From a bacterium (GTDB taxonomy: Bacteria; Patescibacteriota; Microgenomatia; Levybacterales; UBA12049): DNA of 64,000 nt. This document shows, piece by piece, positions 18,214-25,414 of the stretch (the stretch's first letter is position 1; each line of letters starts with the position of its first letter). The notes beneath the pieces are model-generated. The model saw only the letters and a program-made list of their open reading frames with translations. It had not been told where the DNA came from and made no database searches. The stretch spans positions 88,431 to 152,430 of the forward strand of contig JAJYDJ010000001.1 in the NCBI GenBank assembly GCA_021777565.1, read 5' to 3'. Both the position numbers and the translations under genes were made by a program.

Positions 18214-18638
18214 ATGTTCACCTCCTTTCATATGCGCTGTATTGGCTGCAAATAAGTTATTGAGGGAACACAAAAAGCTCCCCCCAGCGATGGATTGCTC
18301 CACCTGCCGTAGTTTCCCACGACAACCTCAACAGCGCTCTGGAGAGAGCTTACTGCTGTTGAGGTTTTGCAACCATGCCTGTCAGAGTGACAAGTTTAGG
18401 TCGATAACTTGTACATGAATTGTACCATAAAGTGGAGTATACAGAAATGGACTTAGCCATAAATTTGAGTATTTTGATCAGACGGCACTTGTGCCGTCTG
18501 CACGATTAGCCACGAAAAAAAAATCATGCAACTGCCCTATAGTAAGCATCTTTGAAGCTAAGGGTAAAAAAAGTTAGTAAAGAAACTAATCCTCATATAT
18601 CTTTGTACTAGATCCAATAAATTCTTATTGGTGTGAAG

Positions 18639-18836
18639 ATGTATATGAAATCTAAATTTGTTTCTCACGGTAACACTGCTTGGCTTAATCCTTATCATGC
18701 TCTTCGCGTTAAAGAAGTATTTGAAAAAAAATATAAAAAGAGGTTATCAGATGAAGAAGTTACTGAAATAGCAAAAAATCTTGTAGGCATGATGGAGATT
18801 ATTTTTAGGATAAATGTTTATGAAAAATGCATATAA
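18639..18836 (+). CDS. Small hypothetical protein
   Basis: About 65-aa ORF in the mobile segment. Confidence 0.3.
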   Translation: MYMKSKFVSHGNTAWLNPYHALRVKEVFEKKYKKRLSDEEVTEIAKNLVGMMEIIFRINVYEKCI

Positions 18837-19053
18837 AACAAAAGATCTTGCAGAGGCTAGCTTTCTGCTTGCAAATGGTAAAAAATTACTCCTCCTTGAA
18901 AGAGATGGTAGAGTTTGCTGGTTTGTCTACCCTGATCGAACAGAGTGTGAAACTTTAGTAAGTTCCTTCTGGTTCAATGATGCTGTTGTTAATGCTAAGA
19001 ATTTCTATGATGCTATCCAGATGCTAAAAGGGCGTATTTTTTCACAAATTTAA
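18814..19053 (+). CDS. Small phage-like hypothetical protein
   Basis: 79 aa; overlaps upstream ORF end; 'ASFLLANGKKLLLLERDGRVCWFVY' pattern seen in small phage/CPR proteins (recollection, unverified). Confidence 0.35.
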   Translation: MFMKNAYKTKDLAEASFLLANGKKLLLLERDGRVCWFVYPDRTECETLVSSFWFNDAVVNAKNFYDAIQMLKGRIFSQI

Positions 19054-19069
19054 TATTTTTGACTTGAAT

Positions 19070-19432
19070 ATGAAAGATGTAAATGAAATATTAAAAACAC
19101 TACCAGTTAACAGTAGTAAAGGCGATAAGCCTACAGTTAACAGTAATACAGTTAACTGTAGTGATAAAAATTTTACTCAAAAGCTTGAAGACTTACTTCA
19201 GGAAGAAAATTTAGACAGCGAAGGAAAAGCGCTCTTATTTGCTCAAGAATTAGACGACAAGAAGAGTCTTGCTTGGTATAAGTTACTTATTAGAGAACAT
19301 GATAATACAAAGCTATTTGAGGCTCTTTCGTATGTTAAACATGCATATCGTGAAGGGAAAATTAAAACCACAAGAGCACACTATTTTAGGGGTATTTTAA
19401 TTAGATGGAAATTTAAGGTAAAATTTTCCTAA
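19070..19432 (+). CDS. Hypothetical protein
   Basis: ATG at 19070 (ORF-track TTG at 19064); ends 2 nt before the recombinase start. Confidence 0.35.
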   Translation: MKDVNEILKTLPVNSSKGDKPTVNSNTVNCSDKNFTQKLEDLLQEENLDSEGKALLFAQELDDKKSLAWYKLLIREHDNTKLFEALSYVKHAYREGKIKTTRAHYFRGILIRWKFKVKFS

Positions 19433-19433
19433 T

Positions 19434-20960
19434 ATGCTTCGCTATTTTATTTATTGTCGTAAGTCTTCTGAAGCGAGGGATCGGCAGGCACTCTCTATTG
19501 AAGCACAGAGAAGAGAGTTATCAGAATACGCCGAACGAAATAATTTGAAGGTTGTACAGATATTTGAAGAATCACAGTCTGCATATAAGTTAGGTCGTCC
19601 GATCTTCGATAAAATGATGAAAATGTGTGGGGAAGGATTGGCGAACGGAATACTCACTTGGAAGCCCGACAGACTCGCTAGAAACGCCCTAGACGGTGGT
19701 AAAGTCATTCAAGCACTAGATGATAAGGTTCTGCAAGAAATACGCACTCCATACGAAATATTTAAGCAAGAAGATAATCGTATGATGCTCTACGTGTTAT
19801 TTGGTATGTCCAATGACTTCTCACGACAAATTAGTGCAAATGTGAAGCGCGGGAATAGACAGAAGTATGTGAGAGGAGAATTCCTCGGAAAAGCTCCGGT
19901 AGGATATGTAAATGCTCAAATTGGTAACTCTCGTAATATCGTTCCAGACCCCGCAAAAGCCCCACTGGTAAGAAAACTGTTTGAGGAGTACTCGACAGGG
20001 AAATATTCAGTGATGCAAATTCTTACCATGGCACATGATCTCAATCTCACGTCTGTTTTTGGGAATAAATTTGTCAAAAGTGAGATGTATAGAGTCCTTA
20101 AATGTCCTGTCTATTACGGGGTATTTCAACATGGAGGAGAATTTCATAAAGGAAGCTATGAACCACTCATTTCTAAAGAATTATATAATAAAGTGCAAGA
20201 TGTTCTGGCAAATAGAAGTAAGCCGAAAAAACAAGATTGGATACATCCTTACATCGGCCTTATCAAATGTAAAAACTGTGGATGTGCGATCACTTGTACA
20301 ACAAAAGTGAAGCGATATAAACGCACAAATCGCACCGCTTCTTATACCTATTACCATTGTACAAAAAGAAGAGGCCCTTGTGACCAGTCAGCTGTTACCG
20401 AGAGTGAACTAGAGCGAATGCTTTATGAGCAAGTCGCTCAAATACATATTGATAAAGAGATTTGGGATTTAGGAGTGGAGTTATTAAAAGCAAAACATTC
20501 AAATGAATTTCAAGAGCATGAAAAACTAAAATTTAGTTTGACATTCGAAATTGAGAAGTTAGATAAGTGTTTAGAAAAACTTCTGACCATGCGTTTGAAT
20601 GAAGAGATTACGGCAAGTGAGTATGCAGATCAGAAGAAAGTGTTTATCGATAAAAGATTAGAGCTTCAGGAAAAAATGAATGACAGAGATCATTCAACCT
20701 CAAATTGGTTGGAACTCGCTGAAAACTTCTTTGAGACGGCATATCACGCACGAGAGGTCATGGAAAGTGATGATATGGATGCAAAGAGGGAATTAGTGCA
20801 AACTGTCGGTTGGAACCTCTTTTTAGACAATCAAAAACTCGAATTTAGCTTCAAAAAACCGTATGATGTACTACTCGTACCTGAAATAAAGGATAACGTG
20901 CAGGGGTGGAGGGAATCGAACCCCCAGTCGCGGTTTTGGAGACCGCTGGTTTACCGTTAA
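19434..20960 (+). CDS. Large serine recombinase (resolvase/invertase N-domain, recombinase domain, Zn-ribbon)
   Basis: 'YCRKSSEARDRQALSIEAQ' catalytic Ser region, 'DRLARN', Cys-rich 'CKNCGC...YYHC' zinc ribbon. The 3' end overlaps tRNA-Trp. Confidence 0.85.
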   Translation: MLRYFIYCRKSSEARDRQALSIEAQRRELSEYAERNNLKVVQIFEESQSAYKLGRPIFDKMMKMCGEGLANGILTWKPDRLARNALDGGKVIQALDDKVLQEIRTPYEIFKQEDNRMMLYVLFGMSNDFSRQISANVKRGNRQKYVRGEFLGKAPVGYVNAQIGNSRNIVPDPAKAPLVRKLFEEYSTGKYSVMQILTMAHDLNLTSVFGNKFVKSEMYRVLKCPVYYGVFQHGGEFHKGSYEPLISKELYNKVQDVLANRSKPKKQDWIHPYIGLIKCKNCGCAITCTTKVKRYKRTNRTASYTYYHCTKRRGPCDQSAVTESELERMLYEQVAQIHIDKEIWDLGVELLKAKHSNEFQEHEKLKFSLTFEIEKLDKCLEKLLTMRLNEEITASEYADQKKVFIDKRLELQEKMNDRDHSTSNWLELAENFFETAYHAREVMESDDMDAKRELVQTVGWNLFLDNQKLEFSFKKPYDVLLVPEIKDNVQGWRESNPQSRFWRPLVYR

Positions 20961-20972
20961 CCGACACCCCCG
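20902..20972 (-). tRNA. tRNA-Trp (anticodon CCA)
   Basis: Minus-strand cloverleaf: acceptor GGGGGTG/CACCCCT, anticodon stem GCGGT/ACCGC, loop CTCCAAA, T-loop TTCGATT; no encoded CCA. Confidence 0.8.
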
Positions 20973-20993
20973 TATTGATCGTATTTTAGCATA

Positions 20994-21015
20994 AAAAAAC
21001 CTCGCTGTGCGAGGT
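20994..21015 (-). terminator. Rho-independent terminator downstream of rpmG
   Basis: Minus strand reads CCTCGC-ACA-GCGAGG followed by TTTTTTTAT. Confidence 0.6.
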
Positions 21016-21040
21016 CGTGCGTGAGATATGATCTCTCAAA

Positions 21041-21220
21041 TTACTTCAGTTTTTCAACTTCTTTGTGCTCAGTAACCTTACGGCACTTACTGCAGAACTT
21101 GCTTAGCTTCAATTTGTCAGGTGTATTGACACGGTTTCTTTCCGTGACGTAATTACGATGCTTACACACCGTGCACACGAGGCCAATTTGGAAACGATTC
21201 TCACCTTTTTTCTTTGCCAT
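21041..21220 (-). CDS. rpmG: 50S ribosomal protein L33
   Basis: 'MAKKKGENRFQIGLVCTVCKHRNYVTERNRVNTPDKLKLSKFCSKCRKVTEHKE' is the L33 zinc-ribbon signature; TATAAT-N6-ATG. Confidence 0.9.
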   Translation of the reverse strand: MAKKKGENRFQIGLVCTVCKHRNYVTERNRVNTPDKLKLSKFCSKCRKVTEHKEVEKLK

Positions 21221-21246
21221 GACGATATTATATCGCAAATTTTGTC

Positions 21247-21276
21247 TTGTGGCTAGATGGGGGTTTTTGGTACAAT
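21247..21276 (+). promoter_or_regulatory. Sigma70-like promoter for the tRNA operon (TTGTGG-N18-TACAAT)
   Basis: The -10 ends 8 nt before the tRNA-Thr 5' end. Confidence 0.4.
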
Positions 21277-21284
21277 ACGAAGGT

Positions 21285-21359
21285 GCCGACATAGCTCAGC
21301 GGTAGAGCAGCTGTTTTGTAAACAGCAGGTCATCAGTCCGAATCTGATTGTCGGCTCCA
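21285..21359 (+). tRNA. tRNA-Thr (anticodon TGT)
   Basis: Acceptor GCCGACA/TGTCGGC, anticodon stem GCTGT/ACAGC, loop TTTGTAA, T-loop TCCGAAT, encoded CCA. Confidence 0.85.
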
Positions 21360-21385
21360 ATCTGTTATAATGTTCCATACGTAAT

Positions 21386-21473
21386 GCTGAGTTGGCGGAG
21401 CAGTCAATCGCACCTGACTGTAGATCAGGCGACCGGAAGGTCTACGGGAGTGCAAATCTCTCACTCAGCACCA
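21386..21473 (+). tRNA. tRNA-Tyr (anticodon GTA), class II with long variable arm
   Basis: Acceptor GCTGAGT/ACTCAGC, anticodon stem CCTGA/TCAGG, loop CTGTAGA, 16-nt variable arm, encoded ACCA. Confidence 0.85.
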
Positions 21474-21475
21474 AT

Positions 21476-21547
21476 GCCGATGTGGCTCAGTGGTAGAGCA
21501 TCTTCTTGGTAAGAAGAAGGTCATGGGTCCGATTCCCATCATCGGCT
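21476..21547 (+). tRNA. tRNA-Thr (anticodon GGT)
   Basis: Acceptor GCCGATG/CATCGGC, anticodon stem TCTTC/GAAGA, loop TTGGTAA, T-loop TCCGATT; CCA not encoded. Confidence 0.85.
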
Positions 21548-21567
21548 CTGCGAGAATCACGAAAATA

Positions 21568-22128
21568 TTATTTCTGCACTATTTGGGCTCCAGCAGGAAG
21601 ATTGAAGAGATCATCAGAAAGATTTGTTTCATTCTGGCAATATTTGTCAAAACCGGCCGTTGGGTTGGACAGTGTCTGGGCAAGGTTCATCTGAATGGTA
21701 CTTGCCATGGAGGCATTATTATTGGTGATTTCGTTCATGATGATTTGCCCAAAGTCTGACTGCTGCTTGTTGGTATAGGCGGTGACACTGGTGGATCCAG
21801 GAATCCATGAGTAAAGGGCATTATCCTTAAATACCACAATTTTGTTGGTGGCACCTTGAGAGAGAATCTTTGCTTTCCCTTGCTTGAGATCTAAGTGCAG
21901 TGAGAGGGTTGGGGAAACTTGCATCTCACATGATGCTTGGACTGCCTGCAAGTCCTGCTGTTGATTGGATGGGGTGACGGTTGGAGCCTTGGCTCTGTTT
22001 TGTGTCGGCAGGCCACTTGCGCGAGATACATACCCAATACCTGCGGTAAGGATACAAATCCCGATAAGGAGCACAAGATAGCGCGCGATATACATAGATG
22101 ATTGCTTTTTGGCCAGTGATACTGGCAT
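21568..22128 (-). CDS. Membrane-anchored hypothetical protein
   Basis: N-terminal TM 'YLVLLIGICILTAGIGYV'; Gln/Thr/Asn-rich extracellular part. Confidence 0.5.
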   Translation of the reverse strand: MPVSLAKKQSSMYIARYLVLLIGICILTAGIGYVSRASGLPTQNRAKAPTVTPSNQQQDLQAVQASCEMQVSPTLSLHLDLKQGKAKILSQGATNKIVVFKDNALYSWIPGSTSVTAYTNKQQSDFGQIIMNEITNNNASMASTIQMNLAQTLSNPTAGFDKYCQNETNLSDDLFNLPAGAQIVQK

Positions 22129-22362
22129 AGGATAATTTCGCTCTTTTCAGTCGAGATTGTAACCTGCTTTTCCCCGAGTGGTTATTCTAGGAAGGAGGTC
22201 TGTATAGACACGTCCATACAAAACAATTCCTCATGTCCGTTTTTAGGCGGATTACCATCGCTGAAAAGGTATAGAGGAAAAAATCCTAGGTTACCTCCAA
22301 CATCAAAGAGCAACTTTATTCTGGCAAATACAAGAGGGGTATGTCAATGTGTCTTGGGGAGA

Positions 22363-22635
22363 CTACTTAATAATATTCACATTAGGGTCAGCTTGGACTG
22401 TGGTTGGAGTAGCTACGGGCGTATTGGCCATTTTGATCTTTGTCGCCACACCCAAAACAGCCCTCTGTGTCCCTTGTGCAACGGCAAGAAGAGGGACAAT
22501 GAGAATAAGGCTTAACCCAAGACTAATAAGAAGTTTTTTCCATAAAGAAATATCATTATTTCGATGATGAACAACCGTCTTTGAAACAGACTTCGCAGTG
22601 TGTTTTTTCACTCCTTTTATTTTCTTAGCAGGCAT
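22363..22635 (-). CDS. Small membrane protein
   Basis: Lys-rich N-terminus then one TM helix; 90 aa. Confidence 0.4.
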   Translation of the reverse strand: MPAKKIKGVKKHTAKSVSKTVVHHRNNDISLWKKLLISLGLSLILIVPLLAVAQGTQRAVLGVATKIKMANTPVATPTTVQADPNVNIIK

Positions 22636-22691
22636 TAATATCAGCTTAACAAGTGTAATTCACGCTTGTCAATGGGGAATTGTGGTCTGTG

Positions 22692-23333
22692 TTACATGCC
22701 CATAATGCTGCGGGCACTGATGAAGAGTTGATACAGAAATTGTTGCAGTGAAAATCCACCGATTGGAAAGGAAAGAAGGATTAAAAGAATAAAGATTCCA
22801 ATAGACCCGATGGAAAGATAGGCGTCAGCTTCTCTGCGTGGTAGCAGTAAGGAAAAGATTTTGGATCCATCAAGCGGTGGGATGGGGAGAAGATTAAAAA
22901 TCGCTAGAAATAGATTGTATGTAAAAATGATTGTCAGGAGAACATCAGCGATAGTAAAAAAGATACCGCCGATATGGATAAAGATAAGTGCCTTCAGGAT
23001 AAGAGCGGCACTGATAGCAATAAGTACGTTCGTTAAGGGTCCAGCAAGAGCAACGATAGCCACATCTTTACGCCCTTCTTTGAGATTAAATTCATCAATA
23101 GGCACCGGCTTGGCGCCGCCAAAAATAACGGGAGAACCGCTCAAAAGAAGGAGGGAAGGCAAAATAATACTCATGAACGGGTCAATGTGTTTTCTTGGGT
23201 CAAGCGTAAGCCTTCCTGAGAGCCTGGCAGTTGGGTCACCAAGGCGTTCTGCGACATATCCATGGGCAATTTCATGCAGAATTGCTGAGAAGAGAAGGAC
23301 AGGCAGACCGATGATAAGTTGTACTATGTCCAT
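22692..23333 (-). CDS. Site-2 protease family (peptidase M50) zinc metalloprotease
   Basis: 'HEIAHG' HExxH and 'NLLPIPPLDG' (LDG) motifs; polytopic. Confidence 0.75.
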   Translation of the reverse strand: MDIVQLIIGLPVLLFSAILHEIAHGYVAERLGDPTARLSGRLTLDPRKHIDPFMSIILPSLLLLSGSPVIFGGAKPVPIDEFNLKEGRKDVAIVALAGPLTNVLIAISAALILKALIFIHIGGIFFTIADVLLTIIFTYNLFLAIFNLLPIPPLDGSKIFSLLLPRREADAYLSIGSIGIFILLILLSFPIGGFSLQQFLYQLFISARSIMGM

Positions 23334-23426
23334 AGAATAATTCTTCTTAAGAAAATGAGATTCTTCGCTGCGCTCAGAATGACAAGGCGCATTGAGTTTT
23401 CCTTGTACCTATGATATCATACTCCC

Positions 23427-23621
23427 ATGGCAATGCGATGTATGAACTGCGACAAAGGCGTGCAATATGGGCACAAGGTAAGTCATGCCAAAAATCGTAC
23501 TAACCGTGTTTTTAAACCTAATTTGCACTCAGTACGTGTAAAAGTAGGAACTACTTTTCGTCGTATGAAACTCTGCACCAAGTGTCAGAGAATTGTAAAA
23601 TCTGCCACCGCTACGGTGTAA
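23427..23621 (+). CDS. rpmB: 50S ribosomal protein L28
   Basis: 'CMNCDKGVQYGHKVSHAKNRTNRVFKPNLH' L28 signature; TATCAT-N6-ATG. Confidence 0.85.
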   Translation: MAMRCMNCDKGVQYGHKVSHAKNRTNRVFKPNLHSVRVKVGTTFRRMKLCTKCQRIVKSATATV

Positions 23622-23622
23622 T

Positions 23623-24042
23623 ATGGCTTCTTCTGAAGGTACTTCTGGCTCAACGGATTTCGTCTCAATTTGTCCTGCTGGTCTTGATGCCCTCGTTGAC
23701 GCTCAACAGGTGGGTGTGCAGCGCTCGTTTCAGCTTCCAAGTGGTGACCACATGCTTGTGGTAGCCGAAAGTTGGGAAGTAGCAGGACCGTGTGCACTCA
23801 TTCCAATGGCTTTAAATGGGGAGGAACGTGCAGATGTCAGTGATCTTGGGGGGTATGCACAGGTGTTACCAAATGCCATGCACGAGTATCCTGATGCTGG
23901 GGAAGATGAGGATACCAGAACCCTGGATGAGGCAGTGAACGCAACTGCAAGTGGACAAACATTATGTTCCCGCCGATGTGGTAGGTGTGGACTGGTGGTA
24001 TCAGCGATGTCACTAGGCCCTGAGACCAAGGATGATGAGTAA
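23623..24042 (+). CDS. Hypothetical acidic protein with C-terminal CxxCGRCG motif
   Basis: ATG 1 nt after the rpmB stop. Locally GC-rich; an overlapping antisense ORF exists, so coding strand is uncertain. Confidence 0.35.
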   Translation: MASSEGTSGSTDFVSICPAGLDALVDAQQVGVQRSFQLPSGDHMLVVAESWEVAGPCALIPMALNGEERADVSDLGGYAQVLPNAMHEYPDAGEDEDTRTLDEAVNATASGQTLCSRRCGRCGLVVSAMSLGPETKDDE

Positions 24043-24855
24043 CTCTCCGCCTTTGCTGTAGCCATTGAGGAAGTCCTTGAACCCTACGGCCTTTTTCCCT
24101 TCTACTTGAATTTTTTCTCCCGGAAGAAGCTTGATAACTTTTTCTCCATTCCCATCAAGATCGTACGTAAACCACACCCCAGGCCATGGATAGTATGCTC
24201 TGATCATCCGATCAAGCGTTTCGGGGGCTGGAGGAGTTTCTAGATCAATATGACCAGATGCGCGGTCTAGCATTGGAGTAAAAGTTGCCTTATCATGCTC
24301 CTGTTCTGTTGGCATCACATCTTTGCCTTCCTGGATCATATCGAGTGTCTCCTGAAGGACAGGGATGCTTGCCTTGAAAAGGATGTCATAGAGTTCTGGA
24401 GTCGTAATGTTTTGTGGGATTGTTGCCTGTGCTTGTCCAAACAAGGGGCCATGATCCATCTTCGCATCTAGGCGCATCACGCTCACACCGGTTTCTTTTT
24501 GTCCGTCAAGAAGAGCCTGCTGAACGGGTGTAGAGCCCCGATAGTGAGGAAGAAGGGACGGGTGAATGTTAATAATGCCATAAGGAAAGATATCCAGAAG
24601 CGACTGTGGAACAATGAGTCCAAAGCTTGCCAGCACGGCAACAGGCGCATCAATGGTTTTTATCTGCTTCTGTACGTCAGGAGACTTCACTGAGTCAACT
24701 GAAAGAAATGGAATAGCCTGTTCTGTACAGTATCCAACAACTGGATGATGGGACTGCCTCTCGGTCGTTACAACAAGTGCTAACTCATAGTTTTTTTGTA
24801 AAAACTCAATAACTGGGAGAACATAGGCAGAACTACCAAAAAAAACTACTTTCAT
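24013..24855 (-). CDS. fmt: Methionyl-tRNA formyltransferase
   Basis: 'IINIHPSLLPHYRGSTPVQQALLDG' Fmt catalytic signature. Confidence 0.9.
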   Translation of the reverse strand: MKVVFFGSSAYVLPVIEFLQKNYELALVVTTERQSHHPVVGYCTEQAIPFLSVDSVKSPDVQKQIKTIDAPVAVLASFGLIVPQSLLDIFPYGIINIHPSLLPHYRGSTPVQQALLDGQKETGVSVMRLDAKMDHGPLFGQAQATIPQNITTPELYDILFKASIPVLQETLDMIQEGKDVMPTEQEHDKATFTPMLDRASGHIDLETPPAPETLDRMIRAYYPWPGVWFTYDLDGNGEKVIKLLPGEKIQVEGKKAVGFKDFLNGYSKGGELLIILGLRA

Positions 24856-25394
24856 ATCTTCATCTCATCAAACACTTCTTCACCACTACTGTCTTTGTGA
24901 GACTTATACAGTGTATTCCCTTGCTCTATGACATGTCGAGGGAAGAGAATGCCTTGTAAATGGTCATATTCATGCTGGAGAATGACTGCAAAGAAGCCGG
25001 TAAACGTTTTTTCATGATGCTCACCATTCTCATCTGTCCAGGATGCTTTTACTTTTGGTGCACGACGGACTTTCCCCCAGATATTTTTCAGTGACAGACA
25101 GCCTTCCATATAGCGGGGGATTTTATTGGGTTTTTTGTCTGCGTCTTTGGGATAGATAGGGGTAATAATAGGATTAATAAAAACAAAAAATGGCGCTTCA
25201 GGGTCTTCTTTCACTAGAAAGAGCTGGATGCTGTGCCCAACTTGTGGTGCGGCCAGACCAATACCTTCAGGATCATACTGATCAAGAAGTGTTTTTTTCA
25301 TTTCTTTAACAAGTTTTTTGATAGAGGCGTCGACATGTTCAACCGGTTTGGCAGTTGTTGCAAGAACTGGATCTGGGGATTGGATTATTTTCAT
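24852..25394 (-). CDS. def: Peptide deformylase
   Basis: 'GIGLAAPQVG', 'EGCLS', 'HEYDHLQG' motifs; overlaps the fmt start (def-fmt operon). Confidence 0.9.
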   Translation of the reverse strand: MKIIQSPDPVLATTAKPVEHVDASIKKLVKEMKKTLLDQYDPEGIGLAAPQVGHSIQLFLVKEDPEAPFFVFINPIITPIYPKDADKKPNKIPRYMEGCLSLKNIWGKVRRAPKVKASWTDENGEHHEKTFTGFFAVILQHEYDHLQGILFPRHVIEQGNTLYKSHKDSSGEEVFDEMKI

Positions 25395-25414
25395 GGTGCT
25401 ATTATAACATAGCG

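Larger units (their letters stand above)
13885..20972. mobile_element. Putative integrative element (about 7 kb) at tRNA-Trp with a large serine recombinase, defense genes and small phage-like ORFs
   Basis: AT-rich relative to flanks. Bounded by repeat B on the left and tRNA-Trp on the right. The recombinase ORF reads into the tRNA. Contains SMODS/SLATT and DUF4145-like genes. Confidence 0.5.

Noticed and set aside
21490-21759. ORFs 21490-21759 and 21506-21694 (+)
   Set aside because: They begin inside tRNA-Thr(GGT) and run through tRNA-flanking sequence. The tRNA cloverleaf is far better supported, so the ORFs are spurious.
22129-22362. 230-nt intergenic region with long-range complementary segments (ctaggaaggaggt ... 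cctaggttacctcc), considered as SRP RNA or another sRNA
   Set aside because: There is no SRP domain IV consensus (GGAAGCAGCC) or other recognisable RNA family signature. It is more simply a 5'UTR/promoter region for the minus-strand gene (TACAAT about 35 nt upstream of its ATG).
23623-24065. Possibility that the GC-rich, double-stranded-open segment after rpmB is RNase P RNA or another structured RNA
   Set aside because: I could not find the P4/CR-I 'GGAAAGUCCGGGCUCC' or CR-V 'ACAGAACCCGGCUUA' consensus on either strand, only weak partial resemblance (cAGAACCCtGGaUgA). It is kept as a compositional anomaly only.
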